From an uncultured delta proteobacterium (GTDB lineage Bacteria; Desulfobacterota; Desulfobacteria; Desulfobacterales; B30-G6), in the NCBI GenBank assembly GCA_963823335.1, contig CAWGLD010000003.1, positions 128,001-192,000 on the forward strand: DNA of 64,000 bases, in the 5' to 3' direction. Under the pieces are notes generated by a model. That model worked only from the letters and a program-made list of their open reading frames with translations, was not told the DNA's origin and did no database searches. The translations under genes and the position numbers were made by a program. Positions 19,901 through 28,842 of the stretch are shown piece by piece (the first letter of the stretch is position 1; the number at the start of each line of letters is the position of its first letter).

Positions 19901-22900
19901 CTCAGGTGATATGGTGGGAAGACCGGGAAGCGTTTCTTCGAGTGTCGATAGAATTTCAACTCGTTTGATGGAGTCGATGCCCAGGTCTGATTCCATATCC
20001 ATGTCAGCACCGAGCATCTCCATGGGATAGCCCGTGAGATCGCTGACAATCTGCAACAGCGTGCTTTGGATGGAATGCGCCCGGAATTGGGTTTGGGGAA
20101 CAATTTCAGTTGTCGACGCAGGGTCAGGGCTTTCCAGCAGGGCAGGGGATGACGCGTGCCGCTGCCCGTCTGTGTTTCCGGTGACGGTCAGATCGGTTTG
20201 TGTCTCGGTTTCCGGGGGTATTGATTGTTCTACAAACCGCGTGCTCGGCATGCGGTTCCGAACCTGAACTTGCGGAGACGTGCCGTCTCCTTTGTATTTC
20301 CCATTTGGGGGGAAATCCAAGCCACCCGTTTCACGGGTGGTCGTTGACTCAGGGGGGGCTGCCCCGGTTTCGCCTTGATTCAGGGAAACGCTTGTTTCAG
20401 GGGCAAGGGGCTGTTCCCGGAAAATACCCAGAGAAGCTTCGGATATTTGCTGGATGCTCTCCATCATGCGCTGAAGCGAGCGCCCGGCTTCTGACTGGGT
20501 TTCAAGAAATTTCTTATGCGCCTCGGTTGTTTGTGCTTGAAGCGCCTGCATGGATTTTAGTCCTTCCTGGACTGTGCGGAGCGCGTTCTCATAAGCCGGT
20601 GCGGTGGCATGTGTTTGCGGTATTTTTTTCATGGTTCTATTATCACCTGCTGTTCTGGGGGATGTCCGATCCGGTCTTTCTTTACTGGGGTTACGATAGT
20701 TGGCCCCCAGGATCTGCATTTTCATCCGACGGTTTTTCTTGGGAGGTGCTGGATCTTCCCAGGAATCCAAACGAACCGGATGTCCCAATGAAGTTAGATG
20801 TGCAAGGGTTCTAGCAAGGTCTGCAATACCAAAGGCTTTTCCATTGGAAGTGTCCATGGAAACAGCCTGGTGGTTTCGGCCGCTTAAAATCGATTGAACG
20901 AGTCTGGTAAGAACAGATTTGGGGCCCACTTCAACAAAGGTGCGGACATTCTGATGGTACAAGCGCTCGATGCCGGCCATAAAAAGAACCGGTTCCAGAA
21001 CCTGTTTGCCCAGGATCGATCTGACAGCTGCATTGTCCTTGGGGTAAGGTTCGGCGGTGTTGTTTGCAAAAACCGGTATGTCGGTGGGCTCGATGATGCT
21101 ATTATCAAGCACTTTTTGAAAGGGTTTTTCTGCTCCTTTGACCAGATGGCTGTGAAAAGCTGCTGATACGGGGAGCTGGATACATTGAAACCCCTTATCG
21201 TTCATTTGTTTCCGGGCCTGGTCAATCGCTTTTTCCGTACCGGCCAGAACCCCCTGTTCCGGGCTGTTTCGGTTTGCAAGTACAAGGTCGGGTGTGTTGT
21301 CGGCAAATTCACTCAGCTTTTCCAGAGGGGCCTTAACGGCCAGCATACTACCACAGCCATTCTTTTTACCGGCTTCGGCCATGGCACTGCCTCGCGCAAC
21401 CGCCAGGTCAAAAAAGGTGGCCTCATCGATCCACCCGGCAGCGCAAAGTGCTGTCAGCTCACCAAAGGAGTGCCCGCAGGTCACTGCCGGTTTTACACCA
21501 AAACTTTCCAGCACATGAAGCATGGTCAGGCTGATGGCGCCAATGGCAGGTTGGGCGATATCCGTGCATCGCAGCAAACGCTCCTGGTCCTGGTGGGTGT
21601 GCATATCGTGCGACAGCACAGGATAGATATAGTCGGTCAGGCGATTTGGTGGCTCGAATCTGGTATTGGCACGCTCCATCAACTGTAAGGCACCTGGAAA
21701 TATGCAAACGAGGTCTCGACCCATTCCCACGTACTGGCTTCCTTGACCGGGAAATAGAAAGGCTGTTTTCTCCGGGTCCGATCTGTTGCCAAAGTAGATG
21801 TTCTTCATTTGCCAGGCATCTTCACCGGATTGGGTTTGAATGCCTGAAACTGCATTGTCAATGAGTTGTTTCAGGGATTCGCCTGGGATTGTGTCTTTTT
21901 TGGAAAGGTCATGAACCAGGACAAGCCTGAAGCGAAAGTCTGAGCGGAATCGCTGTCTTGTCTGCTCGGCCGCACGGGCTCGGTCATCCAGCGAAATAGC
22001 ACCTGAAACAGAAGTTTTCAGTTCTGCCAGTTGCTGGTGAATCTCCTTGATGCTCTGGGCAGAAAAAGCAAAAAGTTCGACGCTTCCATCCCATGAAATG
22101 TCCGTTTTCTCCCGGGCGTATTCTTCCATCACCACGTGAAAGTTACTGCCGCCGAAACCAAAGGAACTGACACCCGCTCGTCTGGGGAAATCTTTTTCGG
22201 CAAACCAGGGGCGGTTTTCCGAATTGAGATAGAAGGGTGATTCCTCCATGTTGAGATCAGGATCGGGAAATTCGGCTTTCAGTGTAGGGGGCAAGACTTT
22301 GTTTTTCAAGGCCAGGGCGGTTTTGATAATGGCTGCCGATCCGGCGGCGGCTTTGGTATGTCCGATCATGGATTTTACAGAACCGATGGCACAATTCCTG
22401 GGGCGGTTTTTATCAACACCGAAGACTTTTTTCAGTGCCTTAAACTCGACTCTGTCTCCTACCTTGGTGCCTGTACCATGAGCTTCGATATTTGTGACGG
22501 TCCCAGGATCGATGCTGGCGTTCTTATAAGCCAGTCGAACGGCTTTTTCCTGACCTTCGATTCTTGGCGCATAGATGCTTTGGGATTTACCGTCGCTCGA
22601 GGATCCGATGCCGTTGATGACGGCATAAATTCTGTCGTTATCCCTTTCGGCATCTTCAAGCCGTTTTAGCACCATCATGCCGATGCCTTCGCCTAGTACC
22701 GTTCCGTCGGCATCTTTTGAAAACGGACGTATATCACCGGTGGGTGACAGGATCTGTGATTTTGAAAAACACATGTGCATGAAAATATCATTGATGGCAT
22801 CGACGCCACCGGTGACGATCATGTCACATTTTTGGGTCTGAAGCTCCAAAAGCGACAGATGAAGGGCACCGAAGGAGCTGGCACATGCCGCATCCACGAC

Positions 22901-23518
22901 GCAATTTGTACCCCCAAGATTCAGGCGGTTGCAGATTCTTCCGGCAACCACATTGCCCAATAGGCCCGGGAAGGAATTTTCCTGCCAGGGAACATACGCA
23001 TCTGAAATACTGTTCATGACTTCAAGGGCAATGTCATCCGGCACGCCCGCTTTTTTCAAGGCGCGACGCCAGATGGGGTGGCCGAGTCTGGCGCCCAGGG
23101 GAATGACCAGTTCCTGGGTGCCGGTGACGCCCAGAATGACACTGGTGCCGTCTCTGTTGAAATCCACATCCTGCCCGTAGCCTGCGTCTTCCAGTGCATT
23201 TTTGGCCGTGATCAATGCAAGGAGTTGAGAGGTATCGGTGGCCTCCAGCGATGAGGGGGGGATGCCGAATTCAGAAGGATCGAAATCGACAGGGGCAAGA
23301 AAGGCCCCCCGCCGGCAATAGACGTGGTCCGGCATTTTGGGGTCTTCATGAAAGTATTCGTCAACTGACCAGTGGGTCTGGGGTACGTTTTGAATGGCGT
23401 CCTTCTTCTGGTAAAGAAGTTGCCAGTATGCTTTCAATCCGGGCGCACCCGGGAAGAGGCACCCGATTCCGATGATAGCGATGGGCATAGTTTTTAATAC
23501 TTTGTAATTATTGTTCAT
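17000..23518 (-). CDS. pfaA: PfaA-like iterative type I PKS/FAS: KS-AT-ACP-ACP-KR-DH
   Basis: KS DAACAS/HGTGT/GHTK; AT GHSFG/AAFHS; two LGIDSIKRVEI ACPs; KR GGARGVT..YAMAN; DH HILDGKPVVP. Start uncertain (23527, 23518 or 23488); the ORF-track GTG at 23566 abuts a predicted -10 box. Confidence 0.9.
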   Translation of the reverse strand: MNNNYKVLKTMPIAIIGIGCLFPGAPGLKAYWQLLYQKKDAIQNVPQTHWSVDEYFHEDPKMPDHVYCRRGAFLAPVDFDPSEFGIPPSSLEATDTSQLLALITAKNALEDAGYGQDVDFNRDGTSVILGVTGTQELVIPLGARLGHPIWRRALKKAGVPDDIALEVMNSISDAYVPWQENSFPGLLGNVVAGRICNRLNLGGTNCVVDAACASSFGALHLSLLELQTQKCDMIVTGGVDAINDIFMHMCFSKSQILSPTGDIRPFSKDADGTVLGEGIGMMVLKRLEDAERDNDRIYAVINGIGSSSDGKSQSIYAPRIEGQEKAVRLAYKNASIDPGTVTNIEAHGTGTKVGDRVEFKALKKVFGVDKNRPRNCAIGSVKSMIGHTKAAAGSAAIIKTALALKNKVLPPTLKAEFPDPDLNMEESPFYLNSENRPWFAEKDFPRRAGVSSFGFGGSNFHVVMEEYAREKTDISWDGSVELFAFSAQSIKEIHQQLAELKTSVSGAISLDDRARAAEQTRQRFRSDFRFRLVLVHDLSKKDTIPGESLKQLIDNAVSGIQTQSGEDAWQMKNIYFGNRSDPEKTAFLFPGQGSQYVGMGRDLVCIFPGALQLMERANTRFEPPNRLTDYIYPVLSHDMHTHQDQERLLRCTDIAQPAIGAISLTMLHVLESFGVKPAVTCGHSFGELTALCAAGWIDEATFFDLAVARGSAMAEAGKKNGCGSMLAVKAPLEKLSEFADNTPDLVLANRNSPEQGVLAGTEKAIDQARKQMNDKGFQCIQLPVSAAFHSHLVKGAEKPFQKVLDNSIIEPTDIPVFANNTAEPYPKDNAAVRSILGKQVLEPVLFMAGIERLYHQNVRTFVEVGPKSVLTRLVQSILSGRNHQAVSMDTSNGKAFGIADLARTLAHLTSLGHPVRLDSWEDPAPPKKNRRMKMQILGANYRNPSKERPDRTSPRTAGDNRTMKKIPQTHATAPAYENALRTVQEGLKSMQALQAQTTEAHKKFLETQSEAGRSLQRMMESIQQISEASLGIFREQPLAPETSVSLNQGETGAAPPESTTTRETGGLDFPPNGKYKGDGTSPQVQVRNRMPSTRFVEQSIPPETETQTDLTVTGNTDGQRHASSPALLESPDPASTTEIVPQTQFRAHSIQSTLLQIVSDLTGYPMEMLGADMDMESDLGIDSIKRVEILSTLEETLPGLPTISPEIMGSLKTLAQIVDALGGTSEAHPVGNTHTPESSQDPGQIEQPSDENTDNVRRTMIQIVSELTGYPTDMLGLDMDIEADLGIDSIKRVEILSTLEDRLPGLPQVTPDIMGSLKTLGQICTYLTSGAEKTDMATQETARPPRPVQSAETFEKPSSPDYGVSSFSDIERHRVTIKNRPLSRVTLETIPADRHVYIIGDSSHLGQALVDTFTAHGIQASHRPLSEIDDILNGSSDISNAGGLIILEGSHDADDRADDTYLETAFQLAHFFGPSLTRNAQTGLTLFAAITRLDGAFGFRDKDLENPVSGGLAALVKTAAIEWDGVVCRALDLDPAWMDVTEIAQRITAEVLGKQTRDSVEVGLDGENRYTLELTPFPYDKDVNIELVFDPGDVVVVTGGARGVTAAAAIALAEQVPLSFVLLGRSPMPAPEPVWLDGLEKESEIKKAILANEFNNNGASPKDIEMSYRRHMGSREVAATLQKLTATGSTVQYESADIRDADIVTPLFQRVRESLGPIRAIIHGAGVIEDRLIQDKTLEQFKRVYKTKVVGFRALMDAAASDPLKYIVVFSSVAARFGNKGQADYAMANEALNKICRREVRQRKDCRVIAVNWGPWDGGMVTPGLKREFRKSGIALIPVEAGARCMLLEMSQAGIHPVEVVVGSALPDQVITKTLKMDDQPPDRQDPSPPMSLSFKREIDTTNHPILDAHILDGKPVVPFALITEWFGHGALHGNPGLLLHGIDDMRILKGIKLEQQKKLIRLFAGKADRKGSLFEVGVELRDGVLEGKDVIHSRAKAILTDTLPAAPIFESTRLKPTKVYARSMEEVYDKILFHGLALRGIKEITDCSSWGISAKISSAPAPETWVKEPLRSTWLSDPLALDCAFQLATLWCYEETGTVSLPSYCRHYRQYCTAFPPDGVMAELRVTDLTDHKMTGDFTLIDAESRVVAELKGYEAIMDVSLYRAFKPHLA

Positions 23519-23566
23519 ATGACGCATACCCTGGTTTGAGGCAGTTGCTTCAACGATTAACGACAC

Positions 23567-23595
23567 AATATAGTGTATATAAATAAGATTTTCAA
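23567..23595 (-). promoter_or_regulatory. Putative sigma70 promoter of pfaA
   Basis: Minus strand TTGAAA-N17-TATATT. Confidence 0.6.
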
Positions 23596-23598
23596 GTA

Positions 23599-23627
23599 TT
23601 GACGCTAAATAATTAACTTGTTATATT
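23599..23627 (+). promoter_or_regulatory. Putative sigma70 promoter (extended -10) of the MerR-like gene
   Basis: TTGACG-N17-TATATT with TGn before the -10. Confidence 0.65.
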
Positions 23628-23664
23628 GACATCACAACTTAACAACAAAAGGGCAGAACTTGAT

Positions 23665-24249
23665 ATGATTCGATTCTATCTCAACCGGGAACTTTCCACC
23701 TGCTTGGAGATCCGATTGTCCCGTTGGAAAAGGTGGTCCCGCGAGTTCTTGCCCCCCGATCCTCTGGGAGGGTTGCAGTCCGGTTTTGCGCGGCAATACA
23801 GTCTACCGGAAGCATTTCACGTATACCTGGGTGGGCACCTGGTCGCAGATCTGAAATTTTCGATTCCTGAAACAAAAACAATTCTGGAAGATTTGAAGGA
23901 ATGGGTGACGACCCAGTACTTTTCATATCCACTTCCAGAAGAACAGACTTCGGTTCAACAATCTGCCAAAGAATATCGTATCTACATCTTCATGAACCAT
24001 GAAGCCAGAAAGAATGAGCAGGCATACACCTACATGATCCGCAGGGTGATTGATCAGGAAAAATCACATGGGAAAGGTGCCAGAATTGTTACGGAGCGCT
24101 ATATAGAGAATTGGCTCAAAGAAGGAGAGGTGGTTACTGAACCTGAAAGACCTGAAGACGTGCCATACTGGATGGCAGCTAGGGTCTTGTATATTACGAA
24201 AGTGTATCAGATTTTTACAGCACTGCTCTCAGAAAATCATAAGGTTTGA
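23665..24249 (+). CDS. Hypothetical protein with a MerR-like N-terminal HTH
   Basis: FYLNRELSTCLEIRLSRWKRWSREFLPP...GFARQYS...LKFSIPETKTIL follows the MerR HTH pattern; ATG 23665 chosen because TTG 23626 lies in the -10 box. Confidence 0.6.
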   Translation: MIRFYLNRELSTCLEIRLSRWKRWSREFLPPDPLGGLQSGFARQYSLPEAFHVYLGGHLVADLKFSIPETKTILEDLKEWVTTQYFSYPLPEEQTSVQQSAKEYRIYIFMNHEARKNEQAYTYMIRRVIDQEKSHGKGARIVTERYIENWLKEGEVVTEPERPEDVPYWMAARVLYITKVYQIFTALLSENHKV

Positions 24250-24258
24250 CGCGTATAC

Positions 24259-25911
24259 TTAAAGATCCCCCAAAAACGCTTCAATTGCCTCGCGATCAAG
24301 GGGCAGTATTCGGGTTGGGGTGTCGGGAAGAACAATTCCCTGCTGCCTGAGGCATTGCCTCCTGGTGACAAGGGCCGCTCCCAGCAAAATATTCAGGGCA
24401 ATGACGACAACTTCACGATTGTCAGCAGATTCCAGAAAGGTACCTTTCACCCACTGGTTAAAGGCACCGATGGCTGGCCCACACCAGATCTGATAATCGA
24501 TCTTTCTGGATGGTTCACCCGTATTAGCCCAGCTGGAAGACTGACCTAGATACGAACGAAACACCAGAGCCATTTGATGTTTTGGATTCGTTTGTGCTCT
24601 TTCGATCTGTTTGGGATCTCTGTTCAGAAAAAATGCTTTGGTATGGGCCCATTCCTCAAGAAACGATCTTCGGAAAATATCTCTCTCAAGAATTTTTCTC
24701 TGGGGCTCCGGAATATCCTCATAAGCGTCATAGGTCGTATACAATTCATAAAGTTTTCCTGCCCGCAGGGGGAACATGGTACCCCGTTTCAACACCTGGA
24801 CCTTGACACCCATTTCAAACATATCTGCTGCGGGTGCCATGGTGACATCGGCTTGTCCGGCTTCTGAAAGCATCTGACGCACCGTGTCCGAAGTGCCGGC
24901 TTCCCTGCAGGCCTGATTGATGGAACCTGTCACAATATAGTCCGCTCCCATGGCAAAGGCTGCTGCAGCCGATTCAGGTGTGGCGATCCCCCCCCCAAGT
25001 CCTATGCTGAGAGGGTTGTCAAAATTAAATTCCGCCATCGCCAAATCCCTGAGGGAAATCATCGTGGGAAGCAGGGCAAGTGCCGGTCGGTTGTCTGTGT
25101 GCCCGCCGGAATCGGCTTCAGCGGTCAGAGCATCGGCCATGGGGATCGTTTCCGCCAAACGGGCTTCCTGGGGACTGATCCAGTCCAGTTCCAGCAGCTG
25201 CCGGATAAATTTTTCCGGCGGTGGCGAAAGAAACTTTTTAGCGACTTCTTCACGTGATAACTTGGCAATGATTCTTTGGGGTGTTATCGTGTGGCCGTGT
25301 TCGTCCTGATGGATTCCCTTAATACGGTAATATACCAGGGGCAGCGTGAGGTTCATATAAGCGGAAGCGCTGATCAGGCGAACACCGTGTCTGAGGTAGA
25401 GTTGAACTGTTTCCAGTTCAAGATTCGGGTCACCGGGACTGTGAATAAGGTTGAACCCGAAGGGCAGCGCGCCCATCTTTGATTGCAGGTATTGGATCGC
25501 GGTTTCAATCTGCGGTATGTCAAGTCCTGCAGCGCCATAAAAACCCAACATGCCCGCACGTCCTGCCGCTTCAACCATTTTGGTCGATGTTATTCCATTT
25601 GCCATGGCACCGACGACGTAAGGGTAACGAAGCCCATAGGTGCTTATGAAATCGGGACTTCCCATACTTGCCGGGTGCAGTGGGGGCACAAACGCTATCC
25701 AGGGAAATCGCTTTTCACGGGACATAGGATCACCGGTCGGCAGACCCGGGCTGACCACGCTGCCCCCCCGGGCGATCCCGATCTGTGCCCCGGTGTCGAT
25801 AATGTATAGCGGTTTTTCCACCTGTTTTATGGCTGAATTGACGGCATCAGGACCTATTTCTGGTTTGTCTTCACCCTGTATCCACCATCCCAATTGCTTG
25901 ACTTGGCGCAT
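24259..25911 (-). CDS. pfaD: PfaD-family enoyl reductase
   Basis: GAMANGI, EADSGGHTDNRP, GGGIATP, MAPAADMFEMGVKVQVLKRGT, DYQIWCGPAIGAFN. Confidence 0.95.
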   Translation of the reverse strand: MRQVKQLGWWIQGEDKPEIGPDAVNSAIKQVEKPLYIIDTGAQIGIARGGSVVSPGLPTGDPMSREKRFPWIAFVPPLHPASMGSPDFISTYGLRYPYVVGAMANGITSTKMVEAAGRAGMLGFYGAAGLDIPQIETAIQYLQSKMGALPFGFNLIHSPGDPNLELETVQLYLRHGVRLISASAYMNLTLPLVYYRIKGIHQDEHGHTITPQRIIAKLSREEVAKKFLSPPPEKFIRQLLELDWISPQEARLAETIPMADALTAEADSGGHTDNRPALALLPTMISLRDLAMAEFNFDNPLSIGLGGGIATPESAAAAFAMGADYIVTGSINQACREAGTSDTVRQMLSEAGQADVTMAPAADMFEMGVKVQVLKRGTMFPLRAGKLYELYTTYDAYEDIPEPQRKILERDIFRRSFLEEWAHTKAFFLNRDPKQIERAQTNPKHQMALVFRSYLGQSSSWANTGEPSRKIDYQIWCGPAIGAFNQWVKGTFLESADNREVVVIALNILLGAALVTRRQCLRQQGIVLPDTPTRILPLDREAIEAFLGDL

Positions 25912-25914
25912 TGA

Positions 25915-26811
25915 CTATCCTCTTGGATGATATTTTTTGTGAACTTCCTTTAAGTGTTTCTGGGCAACGTGCGTATATATCTGCGTGGTGGAAATGTCAA
26001 CATGCCCGAGCATGACCTGGACTGTACGCAGATCAGCGCCACCCTCCAGTAAGTGGGTGGCAAATGAATGCCGAAGGGTATGTGGCGTGATGTGTTTCAA
26101 GGGGACACTTTTTTGGGCATATCTCTTGAGCAGCTTCCAGAAGCCCTGTCTTGTCATAGGCTTGCCGGCCCTGGCCACAAACAGAAAGGCACTCATACGG
26201 CCTTTCAGCAGGGCAGGGCGTGCGGTTTCGAGATAGCTGTCGATTCGATTCTTTGCATAGCTGCCAAAGGGAACGATCCGTTCCTTTGAACCCTTACCCA
26301 TCACACGCAGGAAGCACCCTTCGAGGTTGACATTCATCAGTCTTAGATGGATGAGTTCGGAGACTCTCAAACCGGCGGCATACAGGAGTTCAAGCATAGC
26401 CGCATCCCTTGCACCAGACGGTGTTTTCGAAACCGGTGTTTCCAGGAGAATTCTAACTTCTGTAACAGACAGCACATCCGGCAGGGTGACATGCCGTTTG
26501 GGGAGATCGACAATCTTGGCGTGATTCTTGGGGATATGTTTTTCCTTAACCAAAAAAGCATATAAGCCCCTGAGGGTCACCAAATGTCTGGCCCTGGAGC
26601 TGGTTCCCAGTCCCTGGTCTTTGAGATGAATGAGGTACTGAAGAATGATCCGGGTGTCCGCTTTCTCGATGTGATGAATCCGGTTCTCTTTTAAGAAGGC
26701 CAGATACCTGACGATATCCCTGCTGTAGGCGGTGATGGTTTTTTTGGCAAGCCCTTTTTCCACCAATATATAGTGCAGATACTGGTCGGCCAGTAGGTCC
26801 ATGTCAGACAT
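25915..26811 (-). CDS. xerD: Site-specific tyrosine recombinase XerD
   Basis: LYAAGLRVSEL, GKGSKERIVP, MTRQGFW, HTLRHSFATHLL, LGHVDISTTQIYTHV, HPRG. Confidence 0.95.
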   Translation of the reverse strand: MSDMDLLADQYLHYILVEKGLAKKTITAYSRDIVRYLAFLKENRIHHIEKADTRIILQYLIHLKDQGLGTSSRARHLVTLRGLYAFLVKEKHIPKNHAKIVDLPKRHVTLPDVLSVTEVRILLETPVSKTPSGARDAAMLELLYAAGLRVSELIHLRLMNVNLEGCFLRVMGKGSKERIVPFGSYAKNRIDSYLETARPALLKGRMSAFLFVARAGKPMTRQGFWKLLKRYAQKSVPLKHITPHTLRHSFATHLLEGGADLRTVQVMLGHVDISTTQIYTHVAQKHLKEVHKKYHPRG

Positions 26812-27123
26812 GAGGTGTGTTTCCTGTTTGAGATATTTCGTGAAACGTCAGGGTTAAAATTCAAACACATCTACCAATAGATAAGAAAAGGGTCCCAGGG
26901 GTCAAGGATCCAAGGGTTCGAGTTTTGGTTTTCCGATGACATATCATCCTGTATGCCGCGCATGCCTTCCTTCAGGAATAACTGTTTGGTTGTTCTATTC
27001 ATCTCCATACTACCAAACAAGGCTCATATGATTTTTGTTAAACTGTTAACTACTTGAGCCCTTCCGCTCCAAAACGGCTGAAAGCTCCCTGAATCATTCA
27101 TTTGCGCTCTTTTGGAAATGAGT

Positions 27124-28239
27124 CTAAATAGCAATAGAAATGTTTTCTTCCAAGCTGTTCAACACCTCAGCACACTTGTCCCGCACGACTACCTGGTTTT
27201 CAATTCTTACACCGCCCCAACCGGGAAGATAGATACCAGGTTCTACGGTGACCAGCATGCCTGCTTTCAGAACGGTGTCTTTCAGTGGGCTTAAGCGCGG
27301 TGCTTCGTGTACGGCCAGTCCTGTTCCATGTCCCAGACCATGCCCGAATTTTCCTTTGAAGCCTTTGCTTTCTATGTGGCCCCTTGCAGTACGGTCCACC
27401 GCCCGGGTGCTGGCTCCATCCCGAATGGCATCGATGGCTTTCTTCTGCGCATCGACAACGGTCTGAAATACTTTTTGGAATGTGCTGTCGGTTTTACCAG
27501 AGAAAATGGTTCTGGAGGTGTCTGAACAATATCCATTCAGCCTGGCGCCCCAGTCGAAGAGAAGCGGTTCCCCCTTCATCCATGTACGGTCTCCGGGAAT
27601 AGCATGAGGCAGGGCGCTGTTGGGTCCGGATGCAACTATAGATGGAAATGACAGGGTCTCTGCCCCTGATTGCCGCATTTCTTTTTCAAGCAGCCAGGCA
27701 ATTTCTTTTTCCGTCATACCCGGTTGAATTTCCTGTAGCACGTTTTCAAATGCTTTTTCCGCCAGCCACAGGGCTTGTCTGGTTTTGTCAATTTCTTCTT
27801 CATCTTTGATTTCTCGAATCTGTTCAACGATATTTTCTGTGGGAACCAGCTCAACACCTATCTTTTGGGAGGAGATTATATTTTCGAACTCGTGAAAGTG
27901 TTTGAGAGATATTCGAACGGACTCGAACCCCAGACGTCGTGAACCCAGTTGCTGCAAAATATCCGGCAATGTTTTTGGGAGACCTTCCCGATAGCAGACG
28001 ATGTCAAATTGCTCAGCCTCTTTGGCTGCCTGCAGGTCATAACGCGTGTCGGTAGCCAGGAGTAATTCGTGCTCGGTAATAAACAGCGAGCCTGCAGATT
28101 CATCACACTGGGTGTCTTCTCCACTAAAGCCGCTCAGATATAGGCGATTTTCCTCTGTGGAAACCAGGAGGGTGTCTATGTCATTCGTTTTCATCAAAGC
28201 TCGAACCTTCTTGATCCGTTTCATTTTCTGTCTGTTCAA
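27124..28239 (-). CDS. Xaa-Pro aminopeptidase (M24B)
   Basis: SALPH, DWGA..GYCSD, HGLGHG, TVEPGIY, GGVRIE. Confidence 0.93.
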   Translation of the reverse strand: MNRQKMKRIKKVRALMKTNDIDTLLVSTEENRLYLSGFSGEDTQCDESAGSLFITEHELLLATDTRYDLQAAKEAEQFDIVCYREGLPKTLPDILQQLGSRRLGFESVRISLKHFHEFENIISSQKIGVELVPTENIVEQIREIKDEEEIDKTRQALWLAEKAFENVLQEIQPGMTEKEIAWLLEKEMRQSGAETLSFPSIVASGPNSALPHAIPGDRTWMKGEPLLFDWGARLNGYCSDTSRTIFSGKTDSTFQKVFQTVVDAQKKAIDAIRDGASTRAVDRTARGHIESKGFKGKFGHGLGHGTGLAVHEAPRLSPLKDTVLKAGMLVTVEPGIYLPGWGGVRIENQVVVRDKCAEVLNSLEENISIAI

Positions 28240-28310
28240 TAGTCCTCTCCTGAGTAATACAACTTTCTGTTTTCAGTTTGATAAAGCCGATGGTTTATTT
28301 TGCGTTTGCT

Positions 28311-28476
28311 GAACCGCAACAGCGAGCGCATTCCCCGTAGGTTCTGCCGTTCGGCAGTGCTTCGCATGCTGCGGGGTTAGCGAGCGAATCTAAAATAGAC
28401 AGAATTCCTTACGGTCGCTGCGAAGCACTGTCGCACGACAGAACATTCCTCGTAGCTTGCTGCGAGGTTCTTCAAT
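28311..28476 (+). mobile_element. GAACCGCAA...GGTTCTTCAAT palindromic element (longest copy)
   Basis: Shares blocks with 13531, 44046 and 56458. Confidence 0.8.
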
Positions 28477-28502
28477 TCAGAAAGTCGAACTGATAAATAG
28501 AA

Positions 28503-28544
28503 AGCGGCTTAGCCGCGTCAGATAAAATTGCAATGCAATTTTAT
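28503..28544 (+). repeat. Two-hairpin dispersed motif, copy 3
   Basis: AGCGGCTTAGCCGCGTCAGATAAAATTGCAATGCAATTTTAT (compensatory changes). Confidence 0.7.
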
Positions 28545-28709
28545 GTATAAACACTCTGTAAAAATCCGTCAAACAGAAACATCGGGTGAACCGCAATCGC
28601 GCTCGCTAATTTTGTGGCGAATCGACGCCCCGCCTCTTTTCAAGCAATATTCCGGGTTGTATAACGCTTTCGTCCGTATTGACTTTTCGGGCATCTTTGA
28701 ATAGAGTGC

Positions 28710-28842
28710 CATAGTCTATATTTACTCCGTATCGAAAACTTGGTCTTCTGGGCCAGGTCGGTGACAGTTCGCTATGCCGATGACGATAATCGTTTAAATC
28801 CGAAGCACAAAGCACGAAATGCTAAACAATACCTTAATGATC
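28710..28842 (+). repeat. Dispersed repeat homologous (inverted) to 55763-55995
   Basis: TCCGTATCGAAAAC..CTGGGCCAGGTC..TGCCGATG and AAATCCGAAGCACAAA..CTAAACAATACC blocks are shared. Confidence 0.75.

Noticed and set aside
25915-26811. Prophage or island integrase
   Set aside because: Motifs and length are those of housekeeping XerD; no att site, tRNA or phage genes are nearby.
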